Below are positions 32,694 through 40,702 of a stretch of DNA of 62,690 nt, in pieces. The notes beneath the pieces are model-generated. The model saw nothing but the letters and a program-made list of their open reading frames with translations, had not been told where the DNA came from and did not search any database. Numbering within the stretch: the first letter of the stretch is position 1; each line of letters starts with the position of its first letter. The translations under genes were made by a program, and so were the position numbers. Source of the stretch: a virus. The stretch lies in the IMG/VR virus record IMGVR_UViG_3300048915_000098, positions 1-62,690 of that record; one strand, 5' to 3'.

Positions 32694-33525
32694 GAAGACG
32701 GCGCTTCGCCGCAACGTAGGTTCGATGAGCCTCTTCGGCGGTGTCAAAGGTACCGAGGTTGATTGCCTTACCCCGAACCTTGATGGCTGATTTGAAGCGG
32801 CCACCGTGTGCGTGCGCACCCAGCAACCCGGTGCTGTTGTTTGCCTGGGCGCGCCGCCTGTTCTCCGCATTCACCCGCCGGCTCACGTCACGCAGGTTCG
32901 CCCATCGATTGTTCGATCGGTCAGTGTCCCGGTGGTCGACATCAGCCTTTGGCCACTCGCCTGTGACGATGACCCAGATCAGCCTGTGCGCAGCGTAGGT
33001 CTTCCCGTCGATTTCGACCATGACATAGCCGTGGCTCTTGACGCTTCCGGCGAGTTGCCCTACTTCGACATTGCTGTATTTGGTGGGCTTGCCGGCCCAA
33101 CGCAAAAGACCCGTGCCCGCCTCATACGTGAACAACGCTCGCAGCATTGCTTGCGCAGCGGCCCCATCGCGAGGAATCCTGATCTTCGTTCGGGTATCGC
33201 CATAGGCTTTGAACCTGGCTGCGAGATGGTCTGCCTTCGGGCGATCCTTCAAGTTGACCCAGCGGTTGTCCGCGTGCGTGTCGTTTTCGTGAGTGACCTG
33301 GAACTGCGGCCATCGGCCCGTCATGTACAGCCAAGCCAAGCGATGCACCGCATGCGACTTTCCGTCCACGCACGCATACCTGTAGCCGTCCGTTTCATTG
33401 ACTCGGCCGATCTCATCGCCAACCTTTGTGCGATTCGATAGCGAAATGCGTCGAGTCATCACGCCCGTCTCCGGGTCGTAGTGAACCAGCTCGCGCAGGC
33501 GCTCGGCGCTCAGTTCTTGAGCCAT
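32674..33525 (-). CDS. HNH_3 x2 + AP2 homing endonuclease
   Basis: Two ~110-aa tandem modules ending THENDTHADNRWVNL and VDHRDTDRSNNRWANLRD. C-terminal AP2-like GRFKSAIKVRGKAINLGTFDTAEEAHRTY. Start taken at ATG 33525. Confidence 0.8.
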   Translation of the reverse strand: MAQELSAERLRELVHYDPETGVMTRRISLSNRTKVGDEIGRVNETDGYRYACVDGKSHAVHRLAWLYMTGRWPQFQVTHENDTHADNRWVNLKDRPKADHLAARFKAYGDTRTKIRIPRDGAAAQAMLRALFTYEAGTGLLRWAGKPTKYSNVEVGQLAGSVKSHGYVMVEIDGKTYAAHRLIWVIVTGEWPKADVDHRDTDRSNNRWANLRDVSRRVNAENRRRAQANNSTGLLGAHAHGGRFKSAIKVRGKAINLGTFDTAEEAHRTYVAAKRRLHEGCTL

Positions 33526-33929
33526 CTGCACTCTTCCTTCAACATCCGGTACATCCACCCCGGCTCGTCACCGAACCAGGCCTCAAGGGGAGCCTCGAAT
33601 AGAAAGCCCATCTTCACGAGCGCGCGCTGGGCATCGGTGTTTGACTCGCGCGTTACCGCGGTCAGGCGCTTGCAGCGCCACTCGACGAATGCGATGTGAA
33701 ACACGTTGCGCAGGAACGTGCGCCCGCCCATTGCGTGGGCGCGATCGAACCACACCGAGAATTCGGCTTTGGTGCCAACGGAGATGTCGGAGAACACCGC
33801 TTGCCCGTGAATCCCCTCGGCGCTTGCTGCCGTCAACACCTTGTCGCCTTCCTCGTGGCGGAAATGCCCGCCTAGCTTCTCGCTGGCGTGAAGGAATAGA
33901 GCCGGAGATTGATCGTTCCAGACATACAT
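33510..33929 (-). CDS. GNAT-family N-acetyltransferase-like protein (139 aa)
   Basis: RLTAVTRESNTDAQRALVKMGFLFEA matches the GNAT C-terminal motif pattern (V...N..A..L..K.GF). Confidence 0.55.
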   Translation of the reverse strand: MYVWNDQSPALFLHASEKLGGHFRHEEGDKVLTAASAEGIHGQAVFSDISVGTKAEFSVWFDRAHAMGGRTFLRNVFHIAFVEWRCKRLTAVTRESNTDAQRALVKMGFLFEAPLEAWFGDEPGWMYRMLKEECRWLKN

Positions 33930-33978
33930 GGTCTACCCCAATATGTCAGGGAAGCCCGCGAAACTCAACGGAAGTCGG

Positions 33979-34611
33979 TCAGGGCCAGGTGATCGCCCGG
34001 ACGGCGTCCGTCGTGGTGGCCGCGCGCACGGCCGCCTTCAGGTCCTGCAACTGCGCGAAGGCGGCGAAGCCATGATTGGCAAGCGCCGCGGCCAGACCCT
34101 GCAGGTCGGCGTAGGTGAACGGCGTCACCCGCGTGTTGTCCTTGGACTGCCAGAAGTAGCCCTCGGGCACCGCCTGCGCTGCCTGGAAGCCCAGGAGGCA
34201 GGATGACAAGTCGCTGACCGATTGCGGGTCGGCCTGATACATGCGGGTGTCCCCGGCGGCCGTCGTGAACGAGACATCCGCGGCGATCGCGCGAGCGTAG
34301 GCGGCGTCGAGCAGCGCGCACTGGCGGATCTGCACGGCGGCCAAGGATTGCGACTCGTCGCTGACGACCGCGGCGCCGTCGAATGGCGCGATGCTGGCGA
34401 GAGCCGAGTCGAGGTCGGAGAGCGCGCTTGGCGTGGCCGCAATCGGCCACATCCAGGCCAGATTACCGCCAGCGTTGTGTGCGTCCTCATCGACCCAGCT
34501 CGCGACGTTCACAGCGACGGTGCCGCCGACGGGGTCATAGTTGACCTGCATGGCCTTGTGAAATCCGACCGAAGCGCCATTCGGCGCGGTGATGTCTTTG
34601 AGGAGGGGCAT
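33979..34611 (-). CDS. DUF4376-like tail-fibre-associated protein (210 aa)
   Basis: Trimmed from the spurious 449-aa ORF to ATG 34611. YFWQSKDNTRVTPFTYADLQGLAAA...LKAAVRAATTTDAVRAITWP is a DUF4376-like pattern. Confidence 0.6.
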   Translation of the reverse strand: MPLLKDITAPNGASVGFHKAMQVNYDPVGGTVAVNVASWVDEDAHNAGGNLAWMWPIAATPSALSDLDSALASIAPFDGAAVVSDESQSLAAVQIRQCALLDAAYARAIAADVSFTTAAGDTRMYQADPQSVSDLSSCLLGFQAAQAVPEGYFWQSKDNTRVTPFTYADLQGLAAALANHGFAAFAQLQDLKAAVRAATTTDAVRAITWP

Positions 34612-35342
34612 CAGGTGAGTCCGTTGGCTTCGATGAGGATTCCGGTGCAGGCGCCACGGAATAGGCTTGGTGTCACGCCTGAGTCGCTGTTTTCGTAGGA
34701 GTCCAGGTACTCCGCACGGTGCAACTGGTTGTCGCCGGTCCAGTGCCACATGCCGCGGTAGCCCTGATTGACGTAGCTCACGCCGCTTCCGCTGGAGGTC
34801 TTCTGTTCGTACCAGGGCTTGCCGATGATCGCTGGCTTCGTCAGCACCGGGATCGTTGTCGCCAGCACGCTGTCGGCCAGTGCGATCCGCGACGCGGGCG
34901 TCAGTGGCATGCGACTCAGGTCTCCGGTCAATGTGCCCGCGGCGTTGTAGAGGGCAACGCCGAACGCTGGCAGCGAGCCCGGGAACCCGAACACGTAGAC
35001 GTCGGTTGTCGTGTTCTGCGCGTCGTAGGTTCCGCCAGAGGATGGGGAAACGGAACCCGTTCCACCGTCGTACGTCGTGATGGTCCATGTGCTGCCGGAC
35101 TTGCTCATGCTGAGCAATGCGACGCCGGTCTGGCCCGAAGACTTCAGGCCAAGCGCCACCAGGATCGGTCCGGAGGACGTGAACGTCCAGGTGCTGTAGC
35201 CGGATGTGCTCGAGAGGCTGTCGACGTTCTGCGCCGGCGTCGACGAGACGAATGTGGCCTTGCCGAGGTACCCGAACGTGTAGGCCTCGGACGAGATGGT
35301 GAGCTCGCCCGTGGACGCGTTGGTGCACTGGATCCCGAACAT
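34611..35342 (-). CDS. Tail-associated hypothetical protein (243 aa)
   Basis: ORF-track ORF. Ser/Thr/Gly-rich and beta-rich; its N-terminus is paralogous to the next gene. Confidence 0.6.
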   Translation of the reverse strand: MFGIQCTNASTGELTISSEAYTFGYLGKATFVSSTPAQNVDSLSSTSGYSTWTFTSSGPILVALGLKSSGQTGVALLSMSKSGSTWTITTYDGGTGSVSPSSGGTYDAQNTTTDVYVFGFPGSLPAFGVALYNAAGTLTGDLSRMPLTPASRIALADSVLATTIPVLTKPAIIGKPWYEQKTSSGSGVSYVNQGYRGMWHWTGDNQLHRAEYLDSYENSDSGVTPSLFRGACTGILIEANGLT

Positions 35343-35626
35343 CAGAAGACCACCAAGATGAATGAGAAGGCCGCAGGAGCGCCCGACGACACGGTCACGA
35401 CGGGGTATCCCGAGGACATGCTCAATGACGTGAGCGACTGGCCGTAGCCATTGCCGCCCGCGTCAAGGATGAACGCCGAGAAGCCAGCCCATTGCGGGTA
35501 GCTCAAGGTCGTGCCGCTGAAGCCTGCGGAGTACTGCTGGTAGTCGGCTGCGACGCCGCCCATGGCAGTGGTCGAATCCCACAGCAGGCCGCCCGAGGCG
35601 TCGAAGATCTGAACCCCGAAGGTCAC
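35342..35626 (-). CDS. Tail-associated hypothetical protein (94 aa)
   Basis: MTFGVQIFDASGGLLWDS resembles MFGIQCTNASTGELTISS of 34611..35342. Confidence 0.5.
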   Translation of the reverse strand: MTFGVQIFDASGGLLWDSTTAMGGVAADYQQYSAGFSGTTLSYPQWAGFSAFILDAGGNGYGQSLTSLSMSSGYPVVTVSSGAPAAFSFILVVF

Positions 35627-36972
35627 GAGAGGTCACCGATCTTGACCCGGCAAACGTTGGACGAGTCGTAGACGCGGATCTTGTTGTCCTGCACTTCGGT
35701 GCGCTGGCCACTCGATGCGGTGCGCAGGGTGCCAATCGTGGCCGAGATGGCGTCAAGCTGCGTGACGCTGATCTTCGAGGCGGTCACCTGACCGGCGCCG
35801 ATCTGTGATGCGACGAGCTGATCGCGGATCATCGCGAACGAGAACTCCGCGGTGCCGTTGCCCAGGATTCGCCAGCCCGTCGAGCCTGCGGTGAAGCCGG
35901 TGCTCTGGATGTACTGGCCCACCGCGATAGAGCCCGCGGTCAGCTTTCCGGCGGAGACGTTGGCAATCTTGGCGTCGTCGATCGCGGCCGAGCCGATCAT
36001 CGCGTTGACGATCGCGCCGTTCTGGATCGCCGCGGTGCCGACGGCGATTGCGTTCGCTGCGATCGCGCTTGCCGTCACGGCACCCACCGCGAGCGAGCCG
36101 GCAATGATGCTGCCGGCAATCACATCGGCGCCGTCGACTGCCTTCGTGTAGGCCGTGCCGTTCCAGCGATAGAGCTTGCCGTCGGTGGTGTTGAAGATCG
36201 TCTTGGTGACCAGCGTCGACGGCACCGAGGAGACGACCGAGACGGGTTCCACGCCGGCCGCGAACTTGGTGGCGTCCACAGAGTTCGCGCCCAGCTTGGC
36301 CAGCGTCACCGCGCCGTTGGCAAGATTGCCTGCCAAGACAACGAGCGGCCCGAGGTCGGCGCTGCCTACCTTTCCGGTGGTGGCCGACACGCCGTTGGTC
36401 CCGCCAGTGGGGCCAGCGCCGTCGACCTGCCGCACGCCGTCGACCGTGACCGCTCCAGCCCAGAAGTGCGTCTCCTGACCGGTCTGCGCGGGGATGATGG
36501 CGATCGTCGCGGCGCCAGTGACCTGGTAGACCTCGACGGCGTCGGCGAACGTGGGCAGCGGGCCGGTGCCGGAATAGTTTGCCGCGTAGATCTGCGTATA
36601 GGCGTTGCCGTGGCCCTGCGTGTAGGCCGGCGCGTCGAACTCGACGAAGAAGTTCGTCAGGCCGGGCGTGACCGTCAGCCCCGTGATCGAGTCGGGTGCC
36701 GAAAGGTCTGGCGTGCTTCCGCCGCCGCTGACACCAGAACCACCGCCGGCCAGCGTACCGACGCCGAACGATCCGCCGGTTCGGTACTCCAGGACGTTGA
36801 GCCCAACGAGCTCGCCGCGGGTGACGAACTTCTGCAGCGAGTCGCCCTTGGCAATCGGCTCGCGCGTCATGGCCTGCGTGCGCAGGTTCTGCAACCACTC
36901 GATGACCTGGTCGAGCGATGCCCCCGTGGGGAGTTCCGGCAGATCGGGAACGACCGGCGGCGTGCGGCTCAC
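35623..36972 (-). CDS. Tail fibre / host-specificity (J C-terminal-like) protein (449 aa)
   Basis: FN3-like ITGLTVTPGLTNFFVEFDAPAY...YTQIYAANYSG, then DGKLYRWNGTAYTK and repetitive AGSI(A/I)VG... segments. Confidence 0.7.
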   Translation of the reverse strand: MSRTPPVVPDLPELPTGASLDQVIEWLQNLRTQAMTREPIAKGDSLQKFVTRGELVGLNVLEYRTGGSFGVGTLAGGGSGVSGGGSTPDLSAPDSITGLTVTPGLTNFFVEFDAPAYTQGHGNAYTQIYAANYSGTGPLPTFADAVEVYQVTGAATIAIIPAQTGQETHFWAGAVTVDGVRQVDGAGPTGGTNGVSATTGKVGSADLGPLVVLAGNLANGAVTLAKLGANSVDATKFAAGVEPVSVVSSVPSTLVTKTIFNTTDGKLYRWNGTAYTKAVDGADVIAGSIIAGSLAVGAVTASAIAANAIAVGTAAIQNGAIVNAMIGSAAIDDAKIANVSAGKLTAGSIAVGQYIQSTGFTAGSTGWRILGNGTAEFSFAMIRDQLVASQIGAGQVTASKISVTQLDAISATIGTLRTASSGQRTEVQDNKIRVYDSSNVCRVKIGDLS

Positions 36973-38585
36973 GGCAGGTCATCCGTTTCTTCGGCCAGCA
37001 GCACGGCCTCGATGGGGCCGGTGCCGGAGACGGTCACATAGAACTCGTTGGCGCCGCCGTAGTTGCCAGGCAGCGGGAACGGCAGCGAGTCCGAGACGGT
37101 GCGCGTCTCCAGCAGGGTGCCATCGCCGTACAGGCTGAACGTCACCGGGTAGGTCGACGCGATGACCTGCGCCCGCCCGGGCGTGGTCTTGTCCTTGGTG
37201 CGCTTGACGTCCGTGGTGAACGTCGCGGTCAGCGCGCTGCCGGCATCCCACTTCTTGACCACGTTGCCGGTGTCGAGCAGGTAGAGCGACTGGCTGATGA
37301 GGTCGAAGAAGACCGCATCTGCGCCCTGGTCGAGCCAGATCACGCCGACGGGGTTCGTCGTGTCGATCATGAAGCCGCCACGCACGGAGCCGGTGTTGTA
37401 GAAACCGATGTACCACTTCTTCCAGCTCACGCCGATGATCGAAGAAGGCACCAGGGCGGCCCAGGCCGCTTTGCTGATGAACTTCTCGGTGATGACCCCC
37501 GCGGGAAACAGCGAGCCGAAGTAACACAGGCCATCCTGCGATGCCCAGCAGACGCCGTGGCCGACGCCCACGACAGAGCGCTTCGAGACGCCGCCTTGCT
37601 TCAGGTAGATCGGCACATCGGACAGACTGGCCGACGTGCTGCCGGTGACCAGCCGCGGTAGGCCCGTCGTCACCAGCACCCACTGCTGGCCGTAGGTGGC
37701 CGAGCCGACGATGGTGTCCGGCACCACGCCCTGATACTCCAGCGGCCAGGCGTGCGGCGTGTAGGCCACGCACGCGCCGTAGCCCTTGCCGAAGAACCCG
37801 CCCATCATCCCGTTCCACAGCTCGGTCAGCCCGGACAGGTTGTCCGGCGGCGTGAGCCAGGCCGGGCGCGACGCCGAGCCGCCGGTGGCCAGCACCTGCA
37901 GTCGGGTCGTCCCGGCATCGGTTGCCGTCGTGAGCGCCGCAGCCTGTTCCAGCACGAGCTGAAAGTCGCTGCCCGTCGAAACGTAGATGCGGCGCGTGAC
38001 CGTGCCGAAACTCCCGCTGGGCGGCGGGGCCAGGCCGGAGAGGTTGACGCTGGATCCGCCCGGGCATGAGATCTCGACAGGGTTCGGGTTCGGCGCCGAC
38101 TCGTCGCCGTTGGCGCGTCGGAACGTCTCCGTGTACTCGCGCGTCTCCGTTGGGCCGGTGCCAGCGGTTCCCACGGCCGCGGCCAGCGTGCTGGTGGGCG
38201 CTGGGACACCCAGCGTCGTGAATCCATCCGGATACGGCGCGGTGCCGAGCTGGGTGTTGTCGGTGTACTTCGGCAAGCCGTCGCCGGTGTAGTACGTCCG
38301 CTCGGTCGAATCCGTCGCCAGCATGGAGCGCACGGCGTTGACGTCGGTCGTCCAGGTCAGCCAGTAGGCGGTGTCGCTGGGCGCGTCGCGGCCCATCCGA
38401 TAGATGGTCTTCTGCTGCACGCTCAAGCCCGGCAGCGTGATGACGGCCGCGGCGCCGGCGCGCCCGCGCAGGTCGCCGTGAATGGTGTCGAGGTTGCGCG
38501 CGTTCTGCCCGATCCCGTCAGGCAGCCCCTTCGGGTTGGTGTTGTTGTTCGCGCCGAGGAACTGCGTCCAGTGAGCCAGCAGCAT
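36969..38585 (-). CDS. Virion/tail structural protein (538 aa)
   Basis: ORF-track ORF in the tail module with strong codon bias. No catalytic motif recognised. Confidence 0.65.
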   Translation of the reverse strand: MLLAHWTQFLGANNNTNPKGLPDGIGQNARNLDTIHGDLRGRAGAAAVITLPGLSVQQKTIYRMGRDAPSDTAYWLTWTTDVNAVRSMLATDSTERTYYTGDGLPKYTDNTQLGTAPYPDGFTTLGVPAPTSTLAAAVGTAGTGPTETREYTETFRRANGDESAPNPNPVEISCPGGSSVNLSGLAPPPSGSFGTVTRRIYVSTGSDFQLVLEQAAALTTATDAGTTRLQVLATGGSASRPAWLTPPDNLSGLTELWNGMMGGFFGKGYGACVAYTPHAWPLEYQGVVPDTIVGSATYGQQWVLVTTGLPRLVTGSTSASLSDVPIYLKQGGVSKRSVVGVGHGVCWASQDGLCYFGSLFPAGVITEKFISKAAWAALVPSSIIGVSWKKWYIGFYNTGSVRGGFMIDTTNPVGVIWLDQGADAVFFDLISQSLYLLDTGNVVKKWDAGSALTATFTTDVKRTKDKTTPGRAQVIASTYPVTFSLYGDGTLLETRTVSDSLPFPLPGNYGGANEFYVTVSGTGPIEAVLLAEETDDLP

Positions 38586-38591
38586 GGTCGT

Positions 38592-39269
38592 TCAGCTCCG
38601 GCGGCAGTACCAGGCCGGCGCGGCGTCCTGCATCTGGACGCGCAGCCCCTTGCGACGGACCGGGCCCGCGCGCGAGCCGGCCAGCATCACGGCGGCGTCG
38701 AACTTGGTCTTGTGAAACGCGGCCAGGCCCGGGTTCGACCAGGGCTTTCCCTCCTGCGCGCACAAGATCTCGATGGCGCCCGACGCGATCTCGCGGCGCC
38801 AACGGTTGAAGATGAAGTCCGGCACGCCGGTGGCTGCGTCCGATGGCGCGAACGACAGCGTGCCGGTGATGGCGATGCCGCCCGTGTCCGGCGCCGGCGT
38901 TGCGCGCAGTGCGGCGGGGCCGTCGATACCGATGACGCAGCGCGGCCAGCCGCAGTCGACCCGGCCTTGCGTGCCCGGGGCGTAGTCGTCGCTTTCCCCC
39001 GGCTCCTCGACATCGACTTCCCGGCCGTTGGCCCAAGCCGAATGCACGCCCACAAGCTGCGCATCGGCCGGGATCAACGCCGTGATGTCGTAGGACTCCT
39101 GCCCCGCCACCGTGGTGAACAGGGCGAGCTCGCGCACGCGCCACATGAACGAGCGCCGGCAGAAGTCCTGCGCCGCGTTGCGGATCTGGTTGATGCGCTC
39201 GAACTCCGGACAGGCCGTCGTCGACAGGTTCACGTCCGGCAGGAACAGCGAGTAGTCGATCGTGCTCAC
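38592..39269 (-). CDS. Virion structural protein (225 aa)
   Basis: Trimmed from the 341-aa ORF to GTG 39269 (GTGA overlap, GAGGG RBS). Begins VSTIDYSLFLPDVNLSTTACPEFERI. Confidence 0.6.
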   Translation of the reverse strand: MSTIDYSLFLPDVNLSTTACPEFERINQIRNAAQDFCRRSFMWRVRELALFTTVAGQESYDITALIPADAQLVGVHSAWANGREVDVEEPGESDDYAPGTQGRVDCGWPRCVIGIDGPAALRATPAPDTGGIAITGTLSFAPSDAATGVPDFIFNRWRREIASGAIEILCAQEGKPWSNPGLAAFHKTKFDAAVMLAGSRAGPVRRKGLRVQMQDAAPAWYCRRS

Positions 39270-39949
39270 GTCGCCGCCCTCTGGCTGCCGGCGGCGTCCG
39301 CCATCTGCACGTTCTGGCCGCGCACGCCCAGCGACTGCAGGAACAATTGCCAGTAGGCGCTGGCCAGTTGCGGGCTCTTGGCGTAGGTCGCGTCCTTCGA
39401 GTACATGCTGAACAGCGCGAAGAACTGCAGCGCGTTCGCGTAGGTGTCGGGGATCGTGATGATGTCGGTCAGGGCCGTGAGCGGCGCCGGTTCCGCGGCG
39501 TAGACGATCTCGAGCTTCGCGCCGGACTGCAGAGGCGGATAGATGAAGAAGGCCAGCGGGTCGCGGTCGTCCGACATCCAGTGCACCGCGTCGAGCGCGG
39601 CTGCGGTGGAGTGCCACAGGGGGATCTGCTCGTCGAACTCGACCCGATCGCGCTTGGTCATCGCCCGGCCCGGCGTGGTGCCGTCAGCGCGGAAGTTGCG
39701 CGTGATGTCGACGAGTTCGACCCCGTCCACGATCGACAGGCCAGTGAAGTCCTGGCGGGTGCCGGCCACGGCCGTTGCCTTGACCGCCTTCGTGTAGGCG
39801 CGCGGCGACTGGTTGACGATCTCGCGCTGGCCGTCGTTGATCCAGCGCAGCATCTCGGCCGACGTCCAGCGCACCGCAGTGCCGTCCGTCTGCTCGTTGA
39901 CCTTCGTCCACGCGCCTTGCGCGATCTGCGTCCCGGTGATGGTTGGCAT
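39266..39949 (-). CDS. Putative head-tail adaptor-like structural protein (227 aa)
   Basis: ORF-track ORF with a TGGAG RBS. The adaptor call rests on position and size only. Confidence 0.5.
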   Translation of the reverse strand: MPTITGTQIAQGAWTKVNEQTDGTAVRWTSAEMLRWINDGQREIVNQSPRAYTKAVKATAVAGTRQDFTGLSIVDGVELVDITRNFRADGTTPGRAMTKRDRVEFDEQIPLWHSTAAALDAVHWMSDDRDPLAFFIYPPLQSGAKLEIVYAAEPAPLTALTDIITIPDTYANALQFFALFSMYSKDATYAKSPQLASAYWQLFLQSLGVRGQNVQMADAAGSQRAAT

Positions 39950-39962
39950 TCGGGCTCCAATG

Positions 39963-39986
39963 AAAAAAGCCCGCGACGTGCGGGCT
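39963..39986 (-). terminator. Hairpin plus T6 (minus strand) between the accessory cassette and the adaptor-like gene
   Basis: Minus strand: AGCCCGC-ACGTC-GCGGGCT followed by TTTTTT, only 14 nt upstream of ATG 39949. Confidence 0.5.
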
Positions 39987-40090
39987 TCAAGTTAGGGGTA
40001 CTGCTGCTTTTGGGCGCGCTGCATGCTCCGTCCCCACCCGACTCGCGCGCGCGGGGCGCTCGGTGTCGACCATGTACAGGGAGGAGATTT

Positions 40091-40702
40091 ATGAAACGCG
40101 AATTCAAGGCCGGCTTGGCTGCGCTGGCGATCATCGGCAGTGCTGCGCACGCGTCAGCTACCGCAGACGTTTCATTTGGGGACGGGATTGGGATATCGGC
40201 CGGCCCGATCGCCGGCGGCACCTATGTGACCGACGGATGGACGTCGCCTACGCTCGGCTACCAGGAGACATACACATTCACCATCACCTACACGATCAAT
40301 CTGGCAGCGGATGGCTTGGCCGTGACGCGCGACTGGATGTTTTGCACGCCTTCGTTCCCTGACTATTGCGGCCGCGCGCCGACAGGGCGGGAGTCGGCTG
40401 AGGTCTACCTCATGTGGGGTGGCATGGACTCGCGCGGAAATCCGGGCGTCGACAACCTCTCGTTCACCTACACGCCAGATCAGGACTTCTATCTGAGCAG
40501 CGGCTCGCATACCTACGCGGGCGTGATGACCTTGAGCGTCACCAACAACGACTACTTTCCGACCGCCTTCTCGCCGGTGCTGCTGGCGGGTGTCTTTGTG
40601 GACTCGAGCGCTGCCTCGCCTGCACCAGAGCCTGCGCCTTCCGGCCTGCTATTGGCCGGCGGAGCGCTTTTGTTCGCGGTTAGACGAAGCGGACGCGCCT
40701 GA
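40091..40702 (+). CDS. PEP-CTERM-anchored secreted protein (203 aa)
   Basis: Trimmed from the 451-aa ORF to ATG 40091 with a GGAGGAG RBS. Signal peptide: MKREFKAGLAALAIIGSAAHASA. C-terminus: SPAPEPAPSGLLLAGGALLFAVRRSGRA, i.e. PEP motif, TM helix and Arg cluster. Confidence 0.75.
   Translation: MKREFKAGLAALAIIGSAAHASATADVSFGDGIGISAGPIAGGTYVTDGWTSPTLGYQETYTFTITYTINLAADGLAVTRDWMFCTPSFPDYCGRAPTGRESAEVYLMWGGMDSRGNPGVDNLSFTYTPDQDFYLSSGSHTYAGVMTLSVTNNDYFPTAFSPVLLAGVFVDSSAASPAPEPAPSGLLLAGGALLFAVRRSGRA

Noticed and set aside
33979-35328. 449-aa ORF and the 39347..40702 451-aa ORF as single genes
   Set aside because: In both cases only the distal part codes well and has an RBS-preceded internal start (34611 and 40091). 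The upstream parts overlap better-supported genes in other frames or strands.
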